DNA of 64,000 bases from Epiperipatus broadwayi (GCA_028023455.1 JAQFVV010000001.1:4774001-4838000), one strand, 5' to 3'. Shown: positions 11,476 to 26,300, counted from the first letter of the stretch. The notes: generated by a model from the letters alone, not told the origin. A program made the numbers and translations.

Positions 11476-13680
11476 ATGATTGGGGAAAAAAAATTATACC
11501 ACATGATTTATTTATCAATTAATGTAAATGATTCAATAGATATATATAAATGTTAATGTTTCACAAGTTTTTTTCATAACTCATTCCCCTTTTATCATTA
11601 ACATTGTAATAAAAAATATAAAAAATATATTAATTATATACTTCAAGTAGACTTATAAAATTTTCTCCAGAAAGGCTCAAAGGATAATGAAACAAAACTA
11701 GTTAACTATATGCAATATTATTTTTAAATATATTTAATGACATTAAAACACATTCATATTATAGTGTTCTAATGTTTATAATGCAATAATGTAATATTGT
11801 TTTCTTTAAATTTTTATGACATTATTAGATCAATATAAGTCAAAATATTAAAAATAAGTAGAGATTTTTTCCTTCTAAGATTTTTTTTTGATTATCTGAT
11901 AAAAAAATAATCTTATTTAGAGTTTAATTAAGTTTCATTAGATTGTGTGTTCTGCATTAATATTAAATGATTATGTCAATTGTATTTGATTGTCTGTCAT
12001 GTTGTTGGTTCCATATTCTAATAAATTATCAAATTCTACTGTATGTTTGTTTATTTTGATACTGATTTTTCTATTATTCTTTATAATTAGAGTTTAACAA
12101 CAGCATCACTTATTTAACAATACATCTGTATATACCAAATGCAGAAGGTCCTCTACTTATGTAAATCTGAGTATAGGAACTTTTACATCTGCAGTATCAT
12201 CATACTCTGATTCTCTTAGTCATGATTTAAAAAAAAAAAAAAAAGTAATAAAAAAATAAAGTGAGAAATTATTAAAAAAATAAATTTTTAATTATACAGT
12301 CATTTAGATATTGTCAACATGAATTTTTATCATATATGTTACTTGCGAAAAGTGTGTACATATATTGTCTATATATAGTAAGTGAAGCAACTATATTCAA
12401 TATTTATAGTAAATGGTGTAAATTAAGATAGTAATTCATGTTTAGTTTACAATATGTATTTCTTATTATATTACATGATAGAATACTTCTCACCACCCCC
12501 ACACACATAAATATGCATAACACAGTCGTTTTTAAAGATGAATTTTCATACTCATATGTGATACAACTTAAGATTATCACCAACAACATTTGAAAAAATA
12601 AGGAAAAGACTTTAGAAAAATAAACTGGGAACATATAATATATCAACATATGTAAAAATTGTTATATGTGTTCATCCCATAAAAAACAAAGTGGCTATAT
12701 ACATTTCCTTCAATAATATTTAATAATTTTCTGGATATGTTTTTGTCTTATTCACTATTCCATGAATGGATTTTTTTATTTTAAACAAAAAGAAAAAAAT
12801 TTACAAATTTTTTATATATAGCAGAACTGCTACAATAACTAGTATTATATTTTGGAGCCATTTAAAATAAAATTTTATTTTTTTTTAGATTAAAAAAAGT
12901 GAAAAAACACTGCATGCAATGTGTTAATCTGAAATTATCACAATGACCGCCATGTGCAGTTTGACATATTGGCAGAGTGTTCAATTTGGAATTGGGAAAT
13001 CTCAGAATCGATTCTGGTATTAGCAGTTGTGGCATTCAAACATCTTATGAACTCTCAAGCAATAAAGCCATTAATGTTTTTTTTTTATTGAATGATTGAA
13101 TGAATGGACATGATTTAGTGAAAGTAGGGAGAAACTTGTACAAGATTCAGAGGGTACTACAAGACAAGAAAGTACTGGAAAATAACTACCATAAATTTTA
13201 CAATTTTCTAATTAATTTATGGATTTTAATATTATTTTTTATGTTTATTATCTTTTTGAAAAGCATATAATTAAAGTAAGAGAAGTTGAGACAATAAATG
13301 CTATGGCTACACTATAAATATATATTTTACTTACACATATTTAAAAATATTCTTTTTTTTTAAAATCAAAATCTTTATTACTTTTTATTATTATTTAAAA
13401 GCCCTTAAAAATTAAATTTTTTTCTTAATTTCTTTCATTCTATCAAGGAGAGCAAAGATAATTAAAGTATTAGAAAAGTTGTTGCATGTGTAGTAAGATT
13501 TTTTTGATTATCAGCAAAGTTCCATTAATACTTTTTTTGACAGGAAAAATCTCTTTTTTCTTTATATTAAGTAAAAATCTGTTATCCTATTCTATTAAAA
13601 ATCCGATTCGATTGAAAAATAGATTTCTAAAGAAATGGTTTTTCAATTGTAAGTTTTAAATTAAAATGTATTATAAGTTT

Positions 13681-13945
13681 ATAACTGAAACACACAGGCT
13701 TATTATATACCTGTGTCTATATATGTAATATATAGGGTATATGAGTACAGACTTTCACACGACCCACCACTCTCCACCCTATCTCATAACACTGATACAC
13801 ATGAACACATATATGTTGAAAAAATGTGTATCGGTATTATGAGATAGTATGGAGAGTGGTGGGTCGTGTGAAAGTCTGTGCTCGTATACCCTATATATTT
13901 TATATATAGACACAGGTATATAATAAGCTTGTGTGCTTCAGTTAT
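13681..13945. repeat. Family B-related inverted repeat (122-bp arms, 21-nt spacer)
   Basis: 13681-13802 is the reverse complement of 13824-13945. The arm (GAGAGTGGTGGGTCGTGTGAAAGTCTG) is homologous to 60.3 kb; a third copy lies at ~14430-14520. Confidence 0.9.
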
Positions 13946-14139
13946 TACATAGTAGAGATGCCTGCCCATCCCTTGTATATTTTTAAAATGAATTATGTCC
14001 TGTACATGAGGAGTCAGAATGACGTTAGGTCAACATGGGTGTGACAAGAATCTCGGCCTCAGGGGCCTTTGAGCATTACATCATCAGATTTTCAATTGGA
14101 TGGATGGTTGAAAAGTTGGAGTGTGGAGTAGATTGAAGC

Positions 14140-14256
14140 CTGTCCATTAAAATATGAGAATTGGTTATCTTAATATATATATATATGAGCACTTATAGCA
14201 TATATGTGTAGAGATGGTAATCTGGACTAACTGATGATTGCTGGTTTAGCAAGAAC
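14140..14256 (+). mobile_element. Family B fragment with the 5' half of the hammerhead
   Basis: AAGCCTGTCCATTAAA..TTGGTTATCTTAATATA..TAATC-TGG-ACTAA-CTGATGA-TTGCT-GGTTT-AGCAA-GAA, then truncated. Matches 60133-60240. Confidence 0.85.
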
Positions 14257-14944
14257 CAGCCCTGGAAGAAATGGGTAATATGTTTCCAAATGAACCTTAA
14301 ACTTTCTGGCCAGTTTCGAACTTTACTTTACACTCCCTTTTAGAGCTCTTTTATTCTTTAATGTAACAATCTTTATAAAACCTTTTATTCATGCTACTGT
14401 AAATTTATATCGTAGTTCTCTCAGCCTCTAATCTTCATGTGTATTAGTGTTATGAGCTATTGTGGAGAGTGGTGGGTCATGTGAAAGTCTGTGCTCATAC
14501 ACCCTATATATTATTAGCTTATGTACATACAGTAGTCTATATATGTGTGAGTATATAAGGTAACACACTATTATTATATTTTTAAAGTCATTTTTTTCTT
14601 GTACATATATATAATACTAGATATATAACATTTATTATTAGATATACATTTATGTTATCCTTGCCAGCCTTGGAGCTAAATGCTAAGAGTACAACACATT
14701 TTTCATACTTATATAAAAAATATCTGACATATATAAAATTTGCATAAAACACACAAAGTATTTAAAATACACAACGTTCTTCAAAGTTGAACATGATTTC
14801 ATTCAATGTTTCAAAAAGGATAGAAAATATCTTTTCTTGCATTCTTTAGCAACAAATTAATTTTATATACTGATAAAAGTTTAATAATAATCTAATTTAG
14901 TGTTTTGAAAAAAAAAAAAGAAGGTTATCTTTATTTTATTAAAG

Positions 14945-15355
14945 TTAAACAGTAAGGATTTTTCATCCTAACACGTGCTGCAGTGTTTTTATAATATCTC
15001 AACAATGACTACTTGAGTATTGAGGAAACTCTCAAACTAAGACATAAGATAGACACTTGTTGAAAAGATAAAAGTGGCCTTCTTATCTTTAAACCTACTG
15101 TCTAATTATATAGGCCAATCTAAAGAATCTCAAGTTTAAGAACATGAAGATGTATTTCTGTTCACTTTTTTTTTTTTATTATTTTCTTTCTGCATAAAAG
15201 TAGGTTTAAAGATAAGATGGCTACTCTTATTTTTCAAAAAGTCTCTATCCTGTGTCTTAGTTTGAGAGTTTCTTCAAGACTCAACAAGACATCATTGAGA
15301 TATTATAAAAAACATTACAGTGTATGTGTTAGGATAAAAAATCCTTATTGTTTAA
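14945..15355. repeat. Imperfect inverted repeat (~155-bp arms, ~100-bp spacer)
   Basis: 14945-15099 is the reverse complement of 15199-15355, with substitutions. No clear TSD. Confidence 0.85.
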
Positions 15356-15877
15356 ATTACTTACTACCTCTGCAGTAGTAAATAAAATTAAATATTACTT
15401 TATTTCCTTAGCAACAAATTACTATAATGATAAAACTTAAAAAAAGAAAAGAAAATAACTATCCTTCATTAGCAGCAAAATTAATTTTATTAATTATAAA
15501 GTTGTTAATTGCAGGAGATTCATTATTTCAAAAATTATTAAATATATGATATTTCAAATATTATTCAGAAACATTTCATTCTAAAAAAAGGATACATTTT
15601 AATATATCATGGCAATAAAATTTATACTTTTTTTTTACTTATGCATAAAACAAACTATTTATATATATATGTGTGTGTAACCAATTATAAAAACAAATAC
15701 TAAGATATATAAAAGTTCATTATATTTCATTACAATGATAATGTTGAAATATTATTTCTTTGCTCAATGCTTAATTTTGGTTAGTTGTATGAGATAATTA
15801 ATCAACAAATAAAATAAAATTATATCAACTTATTGTAATATTAATTAATTTTGATTATAGTTTTTAAAAAACTAGAC

Positions 15878-16423
15878 TAGGGGTTGGCAAACTTTTTAAC
15901 ATGAAGAGACATTTTGTTTAAATGTCATTCCCTTTCCCCCATTAAAGAGCCACAAGAAAAGAAGTATCTGCATTCCCATTAAACAGCTGCAAGGAAGGTA
16001 GTATATCCCCTGCCCCATTAAAGAGCTTCAAGGAACGAGATGAAAATATATTCATGAAAAATACCAATTTCTGAATAGCTATGTATATATTTGAATATTT
16101 ATTTTAGTAATAAATCCTAATGAGAACAAAATTTCTCTTAAAAATAAATTAATAAAAACAAAAAATTATTTTGACAATTTGAATTATTCACAAATTCCTA
16201 ATATTTAAATATTCAGCATATGCAATAATTACTATTCTATAATAAGACTGAATTCAAGAAACAGTGTTGTAAGGATCATTTTCCCTCTTTTACAATCATC
16301 AAAATATTTATTTACAAATAGTACAAGGAAAAAAAAGTCTATATTTATCATGATTAAAAAAAGCCACGAGATTGGGAGTAAAGAGCCACATTTGGCTCAT
16401 GAGTCACAGTTTTCTGACTTGAG
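15878..16423. mobile_element. Decayed hAT (Charlie-like) non-autonomous element
   Basis: Left end TAGGGGTTGGCAAACTTTTT, repeated subterminal AAAGAGCCAC, right end GGCTCATGAGTCACAGTTTTCTGAC. Resembles CAGGGGTCGGCAA-type hAT termini. TSD not recognisable. Confidence 0.65.
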
Positions 16424-17249
16424 CTTGATCACTGTTAATGAATTTATTTTCAGAAAACATTTCTCTAACTTTTTTTTTTTTTTAAAATAAAAAAAAAAGT
16501 CTTTCATTTAAAATTGTAGTTGCCTAGTCTAATGATTGTCAAATACATTAAATATCTGCTAGAGTTATAATTTATTTTGAAAAACTTTAGATTGTAAACA
16601 TTTTTGTCATGAACAGCAGCAACCTATAGCAAATGAGGAGACATTCCAACTCCAGAAGAAAAAACAATGATAGAAAGATTAAACAATAATGCATTAAAAA
16701 TAAATTTTGTAATGGCTATATAAACCAATTCATGAAACATACCACACATGATGATCTTTTGAATTACTTCTGTAGTGAATTGTACTTTTTTGAAATCCTT
16801 CAACTTCTTTCTCTAGTTCTCCACTCTTTCTAATTCAGTCACAAATTTTCAAATTAAGTAATTAGTATTTCACTTTTTTAAAATGTCTTTGAGATAATTA
16901 CTACAATATAATCAGCATTTACATCGACCAGGAAAATCATGCTCATGTTCTTAGGAAAATGTAGGGAAGGTGGCTAATTGCTCAATCATTTCGTATGCCT
17001 AACCAAATGAAGATATGATTTAACAAAAGTAGACTTGAATAGCAAAAAGAAAGGTGGAAAAGTTTGCTAATAAGTAGACTTTATAATGTCACATAACAGG
17101 AAGCTAAAGAACATATTGATTGATCTTACAATCTTGCCATTGTTTTTTTAGAACGTATACAACACCCCCCTCACCAATTCAGTTTTCATTATTCTTTTAT
17201 GTTACATCAATATGAGTTCAAGTTTCATCCTCATACAATACATTGGAGA

Positions 17250-18450
17250 AAATAACAGATCTATGTATCATTATCACAAAATACTTAAATATTTTTGAAT
17301 ATTTTGAAAGCAGAATCATATTGAGATCTACATTGCCACTCTATATCTGAGTCTCCCTAGATATTTAAATTGAGTCACATTTTCAAACTGATAACCATTC
17401 ATGTAAAAAGTTGTTGATTTTCTTTTATAACTGGCTTATAAAGAATTTGAGTTTTGTTTTAAAGTTAATTGCTAAACCAAAATCTTTATAAACTGAATTC
17501 AAACATTAAAAAATATACGTTCTGTAGATCATCTTTCAGATTAACAAAAACAGCATAATCATCAAAATATATAAAATACAGAAACCAAAATGATGAAATC
17601 TTGTTTTTGTTTTAATAAGTTCAAATTGAAAACTCTGTCATCAAACATGATCTTCTTTATTAAACCAATTATATTCATTTCCAAAATCTACTATTACAAA
17701 AATGGAAAACAAAGTTGGAGCTTGTACATATCTTTATTTAATCCCCGTTTTTTTTATATTTCAAATGCCTTTGATAATAATTATTTCTCTCATTCCATCA
17801 TATAAAACTGTATAAAATTTCATTGCATATGTCATCTAATTTCAAACATTGCCATAGTTTGTTCAATTAATTGAGTTAGATGGTCTGATCTTATCAATAA
17901 TAGCAATATTATATTACTCTCTTGCTCCTGATATTTTTTGCACTTATTTTTGATAAGCAATCATGTTTATATTGCTGTTTAATTTTCTACAATAACATTA
18001 TGGCTGGAAGTCAACAAAATCCTTGAAAGTATTTTTACTGTAATAGATAACAATGACATTCCATGAAAATTATTCCAGATTTTTATCAACTTTATTTTAT
18101 GTGTTCATATATTATTAAAAAATTCCAACAATTTTGAACCTACCATCAGATCCGGCATCTTTTTTATTATTAAGATTGTGAAGAATTGTTCTAACTGTAC
18201 TAAACTAGATGTCTCTATCCCATTTTAAATGAGTAGATAGAATAATATATTATTAAAAGCCATTATCTCAATTTTTATAACCTTATTCAAAAATCGATCA
18301 AAATATTTTATTCATATGTTTAAAATATCATTACCATGTAAAAAAAAAAAAGTATCTTTCATGTGTTTAAGAGAGTTATCGCATTTGTGGGTTCATATGT
18401 TCTATTTAATCTATTTAAAATGATCTAAAATGATTATGATCACTGCCTGT
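17250..18450 (-). pseudogene. Degenerate L2/CR1-type RT remnant
   Basis: Minus-strand LSKAFE (~17770) and YIFDDY (~17560) at the spacing expected for DLSKAFD and FADD. Confidence 0.5.
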
Positions 18451-19079
18451 AATCTTTGCAGTTTTAATTCATTAATTATTTAAAATCTTTTTTCATATCA
18501 ATTTTAATTTATTATTTTGGCAAGGGGAAAATGCTATATGCTTTTTTTTTTTAATTAACTCACTAATAATAGGATAATATTTAGAGGAACAGTCAAGGAA
18601 ATAATTATTTGTATCCACAATCCAATCTTAAAAAGAATCTTATTCCTCACAAACATGGCAATCTTGAAAATCAAAAGTAGCACTTTTATTGTTTAAAACT
18701 ATTGAAATTTAACATGAATAATAGATATTTTTTTAAAAATATCAAATTTCTTATGAATAGAAATGAATTAAATTTTATTTTAACTTTTGAACTTCCTAAT
18801 CCAACAATATCTTCATCTAATATAAACATATTTTGCATTCTGACTAATTATAAAATGAACTTCCAGTGCCACTGGTTTGATTGTAGATACATCTGTATTT
18901 TTTTATAATAATTTTATACCTAAAGAAATTGTTTGAAATAGTATATATTTTTAGTAACTTTAAGTGAAAGTTTATATTAAAGTATTCCAAAATGATAAGT
19001 TTAGTTTTTTAGTGGTATTAAAAATAATCAATTGGTATGTAGTTTGAAAGTTCATAGAAGTTTAAACACTGGAAATTAC

Positions 19080-19430
19080 AAATGCTGAATCATGTTCCAT
19101 AGATCTTGAGCTCAAGCTTCCTACTACTGCATTAAATTATACAAGGCAAGTAATACCAATGTAACAATATCCAGAAATATATAAAGATTTTTTAATTATC
19201 AGAAACTGATGTTGAAGCTTATGCTGCCCATTTTTAGACTGCTTTTTCTAGTTTACTTACATTTTCATATTGGCATAATGCTTCCTAAACATATAACCTC
19301 TGCTGAAATGATATCACCATACCAAATACAGTTTCATTGTGATTTGTTAGTTATTGTTCTGCCTTATATATTGATCACAACTATCATCTCCCAATCTACT
19401 GAACTGTTCTTCTGGTGCTTTTCTCTTCGT
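19080..19430 (-). pseudogene. Very decayed RTE-like RT C-terminal fragment
   Basis: Minus strand VICLGSIM (YLGS-like), followed by weak remnants of the downstream RTE motifs. Confidence 0.3.
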
Positions 19431-22243
19431 TGAGAATTTAAAAAAAAGAATAGAAGATAGGAGTCAGTATTGGTATATATGTAATCAAAGGATAGGAATG
19501 TGGTTACACAAACATATATTAGAGCCTCATGGTGACCAAGAGCTAAAGTAATTTAAGTGAGTGAAAAAGAAATATCGAAAACCCAATAGCCAATGACAAA
19601 ACAAATCTTATCCTCAAAGACAACAGGAGATGCTTTTACAAGAGTCAGATTCTTGATTACTTACCTTTAATTTTTATATATGAAGGTTATTCTACTATTT
19701 GAAACCTATGGAACTTATTGGTAAATTGAATACAACCTCCAGCAAATACTTATGAACTGCAAATAATTTCCTTTGTATTTATGTATTCTGACAACAGTTG
19801 AAATTTCTTAAAATTTGTTCAATCAGCAAAATATTCAGAGAAAACTAATTTTTTTTCTCATGTGTCAAAGCATCAGCTATGCTGACCTATAATTTAAAAT
19901 TAACTTTTGTATAAGTTATTATGTTAACATTATTATATAAATATTCAGGAGCATAAAAACAAACATTACCAATTATCAATAATCAACAACAAAGAATTGA
20001 TTTATTCTATATATTTAAAATCTGTATCATTTTTTTAAAATATATATAAGAAAACAATAAGTGAACGAAACAGGGTGCCTAAAATCAGTAACAATCAAAT
20101 GAAAAAAATGTAGAGATTTCTTTAGTTTTTCAAAATAAAACAATAATTACTTTATCAATCATGTAAAATATTGCAAATAATGAATGAAATTAACAATTAG
20201 GATATGTAAAACAAATTACTTCAACATGTTTGCTAATTATATTTATAATAAATACTATAGTATAATTAAATAAAAATATCAAATTTAAATTATAAGAATA
20301 TCTTAAAATAATAATTAATATCTACAAAATTTCAGTTAATACAAACAAAAAGATTTGCTTAGCAAAAGAAAACCGGAATGTTGATAATTATTTTGCTTTT
20401 AGCATTTTAAAATAATAAAAAATAATTGATACATATTTTTATGTATTTATTTAACAGAAATATACAATGTGTTCAAATTTTTTAATGTGTAAAATAAAAT
20501 CATGCACAAACAATGCACATGACATTTTATATGTTATTTTTCATATAATACATATTCATATTGATTGTCATTAAATATTACTATTTGTGGTATAAAGAAA
20601 ATTAGTGAAACCATGATAATTTATAATTAAATGTCACATAAAATTGTTTCCTAAACACAATATTGCATGTAAAGTATAGGGATATTATACTAATAAAACT
20701 CTTATACTGTTTTAGACTCATATTTCATTCATGATATTTTTGAGAAGAAAGGAAATTATGAAACTATTTCTCATTACTTTTTAATATTTAAGTACATTGT
20801 ATTTCTTATTATGAAACATGAGAGAGCATTATGCAAGTCATGTGATTCTAAGATAATGAATGGTTCTGAGCAGTGAAGTTAGAATTGCTTAGAATATTTT
20901 TTTAACAATTACTTCAGATTTATTATGTATTTATGAAATATAAAGAATCTTAATGAATAAAAATATGAAGATATTTGGAAGATGTGTGATTTTTCTTCTG
21001 GTATCTACTATATAAGAAACATGTGAATTCAAAATTAAATTTAAAATGATTATTAAAAGAATTCTTCAGTCAATACTGTTCTTTGCAATAAAATGAAAGG
21101 AAATTTTAATCATGGATATACTGAAAGTTATTATTTACAAAATAGTATAAATAAAAAGAACAATAAAAAAAAAGCAATTCAAATAATTAAAAACATTAAC
21201 AACAAAATAACAGCTATTACAAATAAAAAAATATTATTTACATTATAATTTAAATTTTATATTATCATTTTTCTAGTAGTATTTACTATAAATTCTAATT
21301 GCAAGTTGCTATGAATAATACAAATTTATAGAAAATTTTTGTATTATTACTAAAAATCACTATATTATATATTCAGAACTGGATTAAGCTTTTATAGATC
21401 CATGAGATCAAGTATCTCACTCCTTAGTAATATTATTGAAACATTAGGTGACCTTTATTTAGAGGCTTGATATAATAATGTAAGAAGTTAGCAAACTGGA
21501 TAAAGTCTGTTTTATTAACATCCACTTTCAAATCTGTATTAAAAATTAATCACAACAATTCATTTTATATATGATAAAATGACATCACAATTCATCATAT
21601 TTGGGATACAATATGGAATACAATGATGTCATATCAATAAACACCAATGTCAGATTTTAAATCAATTCTGTTAGAGAAAATGCTTAACTGGGAAACAATG
21701 GAATAATATTCCCATTCTAAAGACTATTATATCACAAACACATATGCACAGTATAATATTATTTTAATAGGTTTAGTACACACTTATATATATATTAGTT
21801 GAATCATTTTTAAATAAATAATTTAGAAGGCCATACTTGATTCAGAATTCAAAAATAATTTTTAAAATCTTCATGTAATTTTTGATAGATATCTCTGAAC
21901 TGTAATTGCAAAGCCTGTGCTTTAATCTGATATAGTATATAAATAGTTTTAACATAATATAATGTGAGCTGTTTTAGATATATAAAATGGTTTATGAATG
22001 AAGTTATTTGGTTAAATACAAAGATTTCAAAGGAAAGTAAAATAAAAATATGAAAAGACTGAATCAGACTATTAAGTTATCCATAAAAATAACATTTAAT
22101 GTCAATTAGCAAAGAAATATGAAAATAAGTTTAATTATTTTTTAAATCTCATAATAAAAATTTTCAAATTTTGAGTATTTGTTTCAATAAATGGAGAAAC
22201 TTATTAAATATACAAATGATTTCTGGATTAATTTTTAACAAAA

Positions 22244-22592
22244 ACAGAGAGAGAGAGAGCGAGAGTAAAGGAGGAGAGGTAATAGAAGGAAAGAGGAAAG
22301 AGATAGAGGGAGAAAAAGTCCAAGGAGACAAGACAAAGAGAAAAAAGAAAAAAGTGAAATTAGCGAAAAAGAAAGATGGAGAAAGGAAGAGATGGGAGAG
22401 ACAGAAAAAGATAAAAAATGAAAAGTTAAAGAAAAAAAGACAGAGAGAAGGAGGGGAGTGAGATGGGAAAAGACAGGAGGGAAAAAAGGAGTGGAAGAGA
22501 AATAAAAAAGAGGGGAGAGGGAAAGAGAAAAACAGAAATAGAGAGGGAGAGAGAGAAACGAGGAGAGGGAGAAAAGGAAGAAGAAAAATAGA
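22244..22592 (+). repeat. GA-rich polypurine low-complexity tract
   Basis: About 350 bp of almost exclusively A and G, starting with (GA)n. It produces the spurious K/E/R-rich ORF 22171-22461. Confidence 0.95.
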
Positions 22593-23288
22593 GCTTGATT
22601 TATCTAAATAAATTATTGTGTTGCATCTCTTTCACATTAGTGTATGAATATTGCATAATCTCATAATTAATTATTCATTTGAATAAAATTAATTGTAAAA
22701 AATTGCAAACTTTGAACACTTGAGATGCAGTTATTTGGTAGCTGAGGGGAAAGTTTCTGAAGATATTCCTAACGCAGAAAAATAAAAAAATATTGATTTG
22801 GCCAACTAGTAGAGTAATTGCTGCATTTACTTTATTCCTGGGTTAATTTCCCCCAAAAGAGAAATATATTAAAAATAAATTCCATAGAATCTCTTTCTAA
22901 ACCATTATAAATAATATTAAGAATCTCACCATGAATCACACAATAATGAACCAAAAACTGTTAATAAAGAAATAAATTTATAATAAAAAATCCCTATGTA
23001 AATTTGGGGGGGGGGGTGTCTCAGGAATATGGTATTATGTGTAAGAATCTTTAAAAATAAAATTATATGTTAAAATAAATAATAAACTTTCTAATATATT
23101 TTTCATAATATCCTAACAAACCAATAAAATAACACGACTTTTATCATATGACTTCAGTTTATATATTCTTGCTTTAGCAGCATATTTTTTCATTATGTCT
23201 ATGCATTTACTGTAAGCTTTAGGAAGTAATGGTAGATGCCAAATGTCAGTGCTTAATAAATCTCTATCCTGTATTATCCTATCCAATA

Positions 23289-23330
23289 TTCCTAGACTAG
23301 TTTCAAGCTTATGACTTTCATCAGTGAGTA
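23289..23330 (-). ncRNA. Family A hammerhead motif with canonical core, in a short diverged fragment (~23235-23335)
   Basis: ACTCA-CTGATGA-AAGT-CATAA-GCTT-GAAA-CTAG-TC-TAGGAA. Core, stem II and stem III are intact; helix I is mismatched. Confidence 0.7.
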
Positions 23331-26300
23331 AACATGACTTTTATATTTCAATTATTTCTGCTTGTTTTTAAAGAATATTTGCAAAAGAAAAAAGAAAACA
23401 AAAACATATTAGAAAAAGATAAGCCATGAATCCATCACACTAACTGACATCTCTCCTAATCAAGATTAAGCTGAGGTCTTTACATTCCAACTAGAAATAG
23501 CTAGATTATTGGTTGAAAAGTTTGCAAACTTTCATAAAAACATTCACCTGGATATGAGTTATTTAAAACAGACAAAATATTTCACATGAAAAAAAATTTG
23601 GATTCATGAAAAGCCCTTCCTCCTCTCTAAAATAAAATATTTTAATGCCCAAATATGTGAATTAATTTTTTAAAAAGCAACTAAATATTAAAAGACAATA
23701 TATTATTTTTTAGTCAGGACCATACCAAATTATGTAGCATCTTTAGGAAAGATTGGATCAGAATATTTTATTGTTCTTATTGAGAATATATGGACAGTTT
23801 TTATTAAGGAATTATATAGAATATCATATATTACAGTAGATAAAAGAAATTGTAATTTTTAGTATATCTAAAGATCTGTAGGTAACAAACAAACCAAATA
23901 TGCGTTGACAGTACTCATAATTGAAAATGAAAATGATTTGAAGACATGTGAAAGATAAGTTAAAATCAATGAAAAAAATTATGACTGTGACTAAATATGA
24001 AGGAAGTATTATGATAACAAAAATGATGACATTAAATTAATATAAAAATGCAGAAGTGATAAATTTAATTTACCAAAATAAAGGATTTAAGAGTTAAGAT
24101 ATTTAGTTGAAAGAAAAAAAACTTATCTATATATATATAAAAAATAAGCATCAAAAGTATTCAGAATGTAATAATCTATATGACCCAAACTATTGAATTA
24201 AAACTGGAAGCAAAATTAAAAAAAAAATGCCGATATTAAATTCTATTGCTGTTGATTAAGAATATCATGAATAAAAAGGTAAAATAAACAGATTGATTCT
24301 TAACCAATGTAAGTCTGGACTTCTTCCAATATTTTAAATCATGGTCATTTATAACGTGCCCATAGTTCCATCAGTAAATGCAGAAACTCAGGATATCTTG
24401 ACAAAATTTTATTTAAAAAACAAAACGGTGACAATAATTGCAAGTATGTTTAAGTGTTTGCTAAGATTCAGATTTTAAATCTCTTCTATTAGAGATAAAG
24501 CTTAAGTTGTGAAAGTTATAAGATCAGGATATTAAAATGATCTAAAGCTCAAAAATTTTACAAAAATTAAATTTTAAAAATATATTTATAAATATTAATT
24601 ATTTATAATATATTTATAAATATTAAACATTTATAAATATATGACTTTCCAGTCATTTCCAGGAAATCAGAGAATAATATAATTTGCTATATATATAATA
24701 CAAGATTTCCCTTACTAATCTCAGTAGTGCTAAATATATATAAAATTCAAAATAGATTCATGTCAAACATCATTGTTATCCAAGGAAATACGTATTTAAT
24801 ATGCATCAATTTATTACAATACATACATATATATTTTATCTGGTCAAACATCTAGATCATTATTTATGTTAGAATTATAAACATATGTTTCTTATAGAAA
24901 ACACGAGTAATAATATTATAAATCAGATTCCAAGGAAGTAAAATATGCTAGTTGGATATATTCTAATAATAAAAATATCATTTATGATTTTAAACTCTGA
25001 ATTTTTTTTTTATATAACTAAGAACAGGAAGAGAAATCTTAACATTTTTACATATATATCTTAATATGAAAAGCAAATATTATTTATCTTATTTACAATA
25101 TTTTAATGTGAATCTAGTAGAAACAGAACAAGTGTCTATCTTAAGAGCACAACACATTATTTGTTTTAAACTGTAATTGAAATTTGTAAGCTAAAGGTTT
25201 ACCTATTGGCATCTTCACACTTTCAAAGTATAAACATCATTACTATTACTTAGTATGTTCAGTGTAAGAGATTCTAACCCAGCATAACTAATGATATAGA
25301 AATTTGTCACTATATGCATGTACTGTGAGGGTTTTGTCATTCTTATGCAATGTTACTTTGAATCGCACCACTCCCAGCAGTCACTTGAAATACCTTATGT
25401 CATTTAATTTCAAAGGAAAATAAAGACAAAGAAGAACAAAAAATTAAAGATGAGTTTTACAATGACTTTACATATTATTTTATAAATCATAAATGTGTCT
25501 ACTTAAGACTTTGCATGGCTTTTATTTAATTTTTTCAACAGCAAAACTTCAACACTTTGTCTAATTATATCTCTCCATTGTATTTCTTTTGCAGTAATAT
25601 TTTCCCAATAAAAGCAATTCTGTTCAAGATAATTATTATAATGCAAATAAGGTTGCATTTTCTATGATTATTCTGCTCAAATTCACCATAAAATACTTTT
25701 AACAAAAAACTGTTACTTTGAATAAATTTTGCTTTTAATCTACTATCATGTTTTCAGAATATTATAGTATATTCTTAAATAAAAAAGTTTGAATGCCTTT
25801 ATGCTATATTGACAGAGAATCCTGATTTTATTTCTACACAACAAACTTATCAGCAAGACAGTCATATAGTCAACTAATTCAATTAAAATAGATATATCAT
25901 TATAAAAAATATTATTTCTTTTAATTTATCAAACACAATTGCAATATAATGAAACTACTGGAGCATTTAAATAACTTAGTCTGCTTTCTTATCCACTAAA
26001 ATGTCAACATATTTAAATTGAATCATATTTTTATGGTGATAATCATCCTTACTAAAAGTTGCTCAAGATTATTTTCCAATAACTAACTGAATGCTAAATC
26101 ATTACAATTTGATTTATAAATGTCAAATTTTCAGCACACACAACTTTGACACCAAATATTACAGATAAATATATTAATGGTTATTATTAATTATTTATTA
26201 AACTAGAGATTATCTCTAGCCTGACATAATTTTAACACTCATCTAATTAATAATGTATCTGGCTTTTAATAGTAACTCACAAAATAATCGAATTTCATTT

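Noticed and set aside
19209-19433. Hydrophobic 74-aa ORF with nearby splice-like sites
   Set aside because: No consistent exon phase or recognisable protein; the opposite strand resembles decayed RTE sequence.
22171-22461. 96-aa K/E/R-rich ORF
   Set aside because: Translation of a GA-rich low-complexity tract.
22750-22790. CTGAAGA...GAAA motif
   Set aside because: The intervening sequence does not pair and there is no helix I or III.
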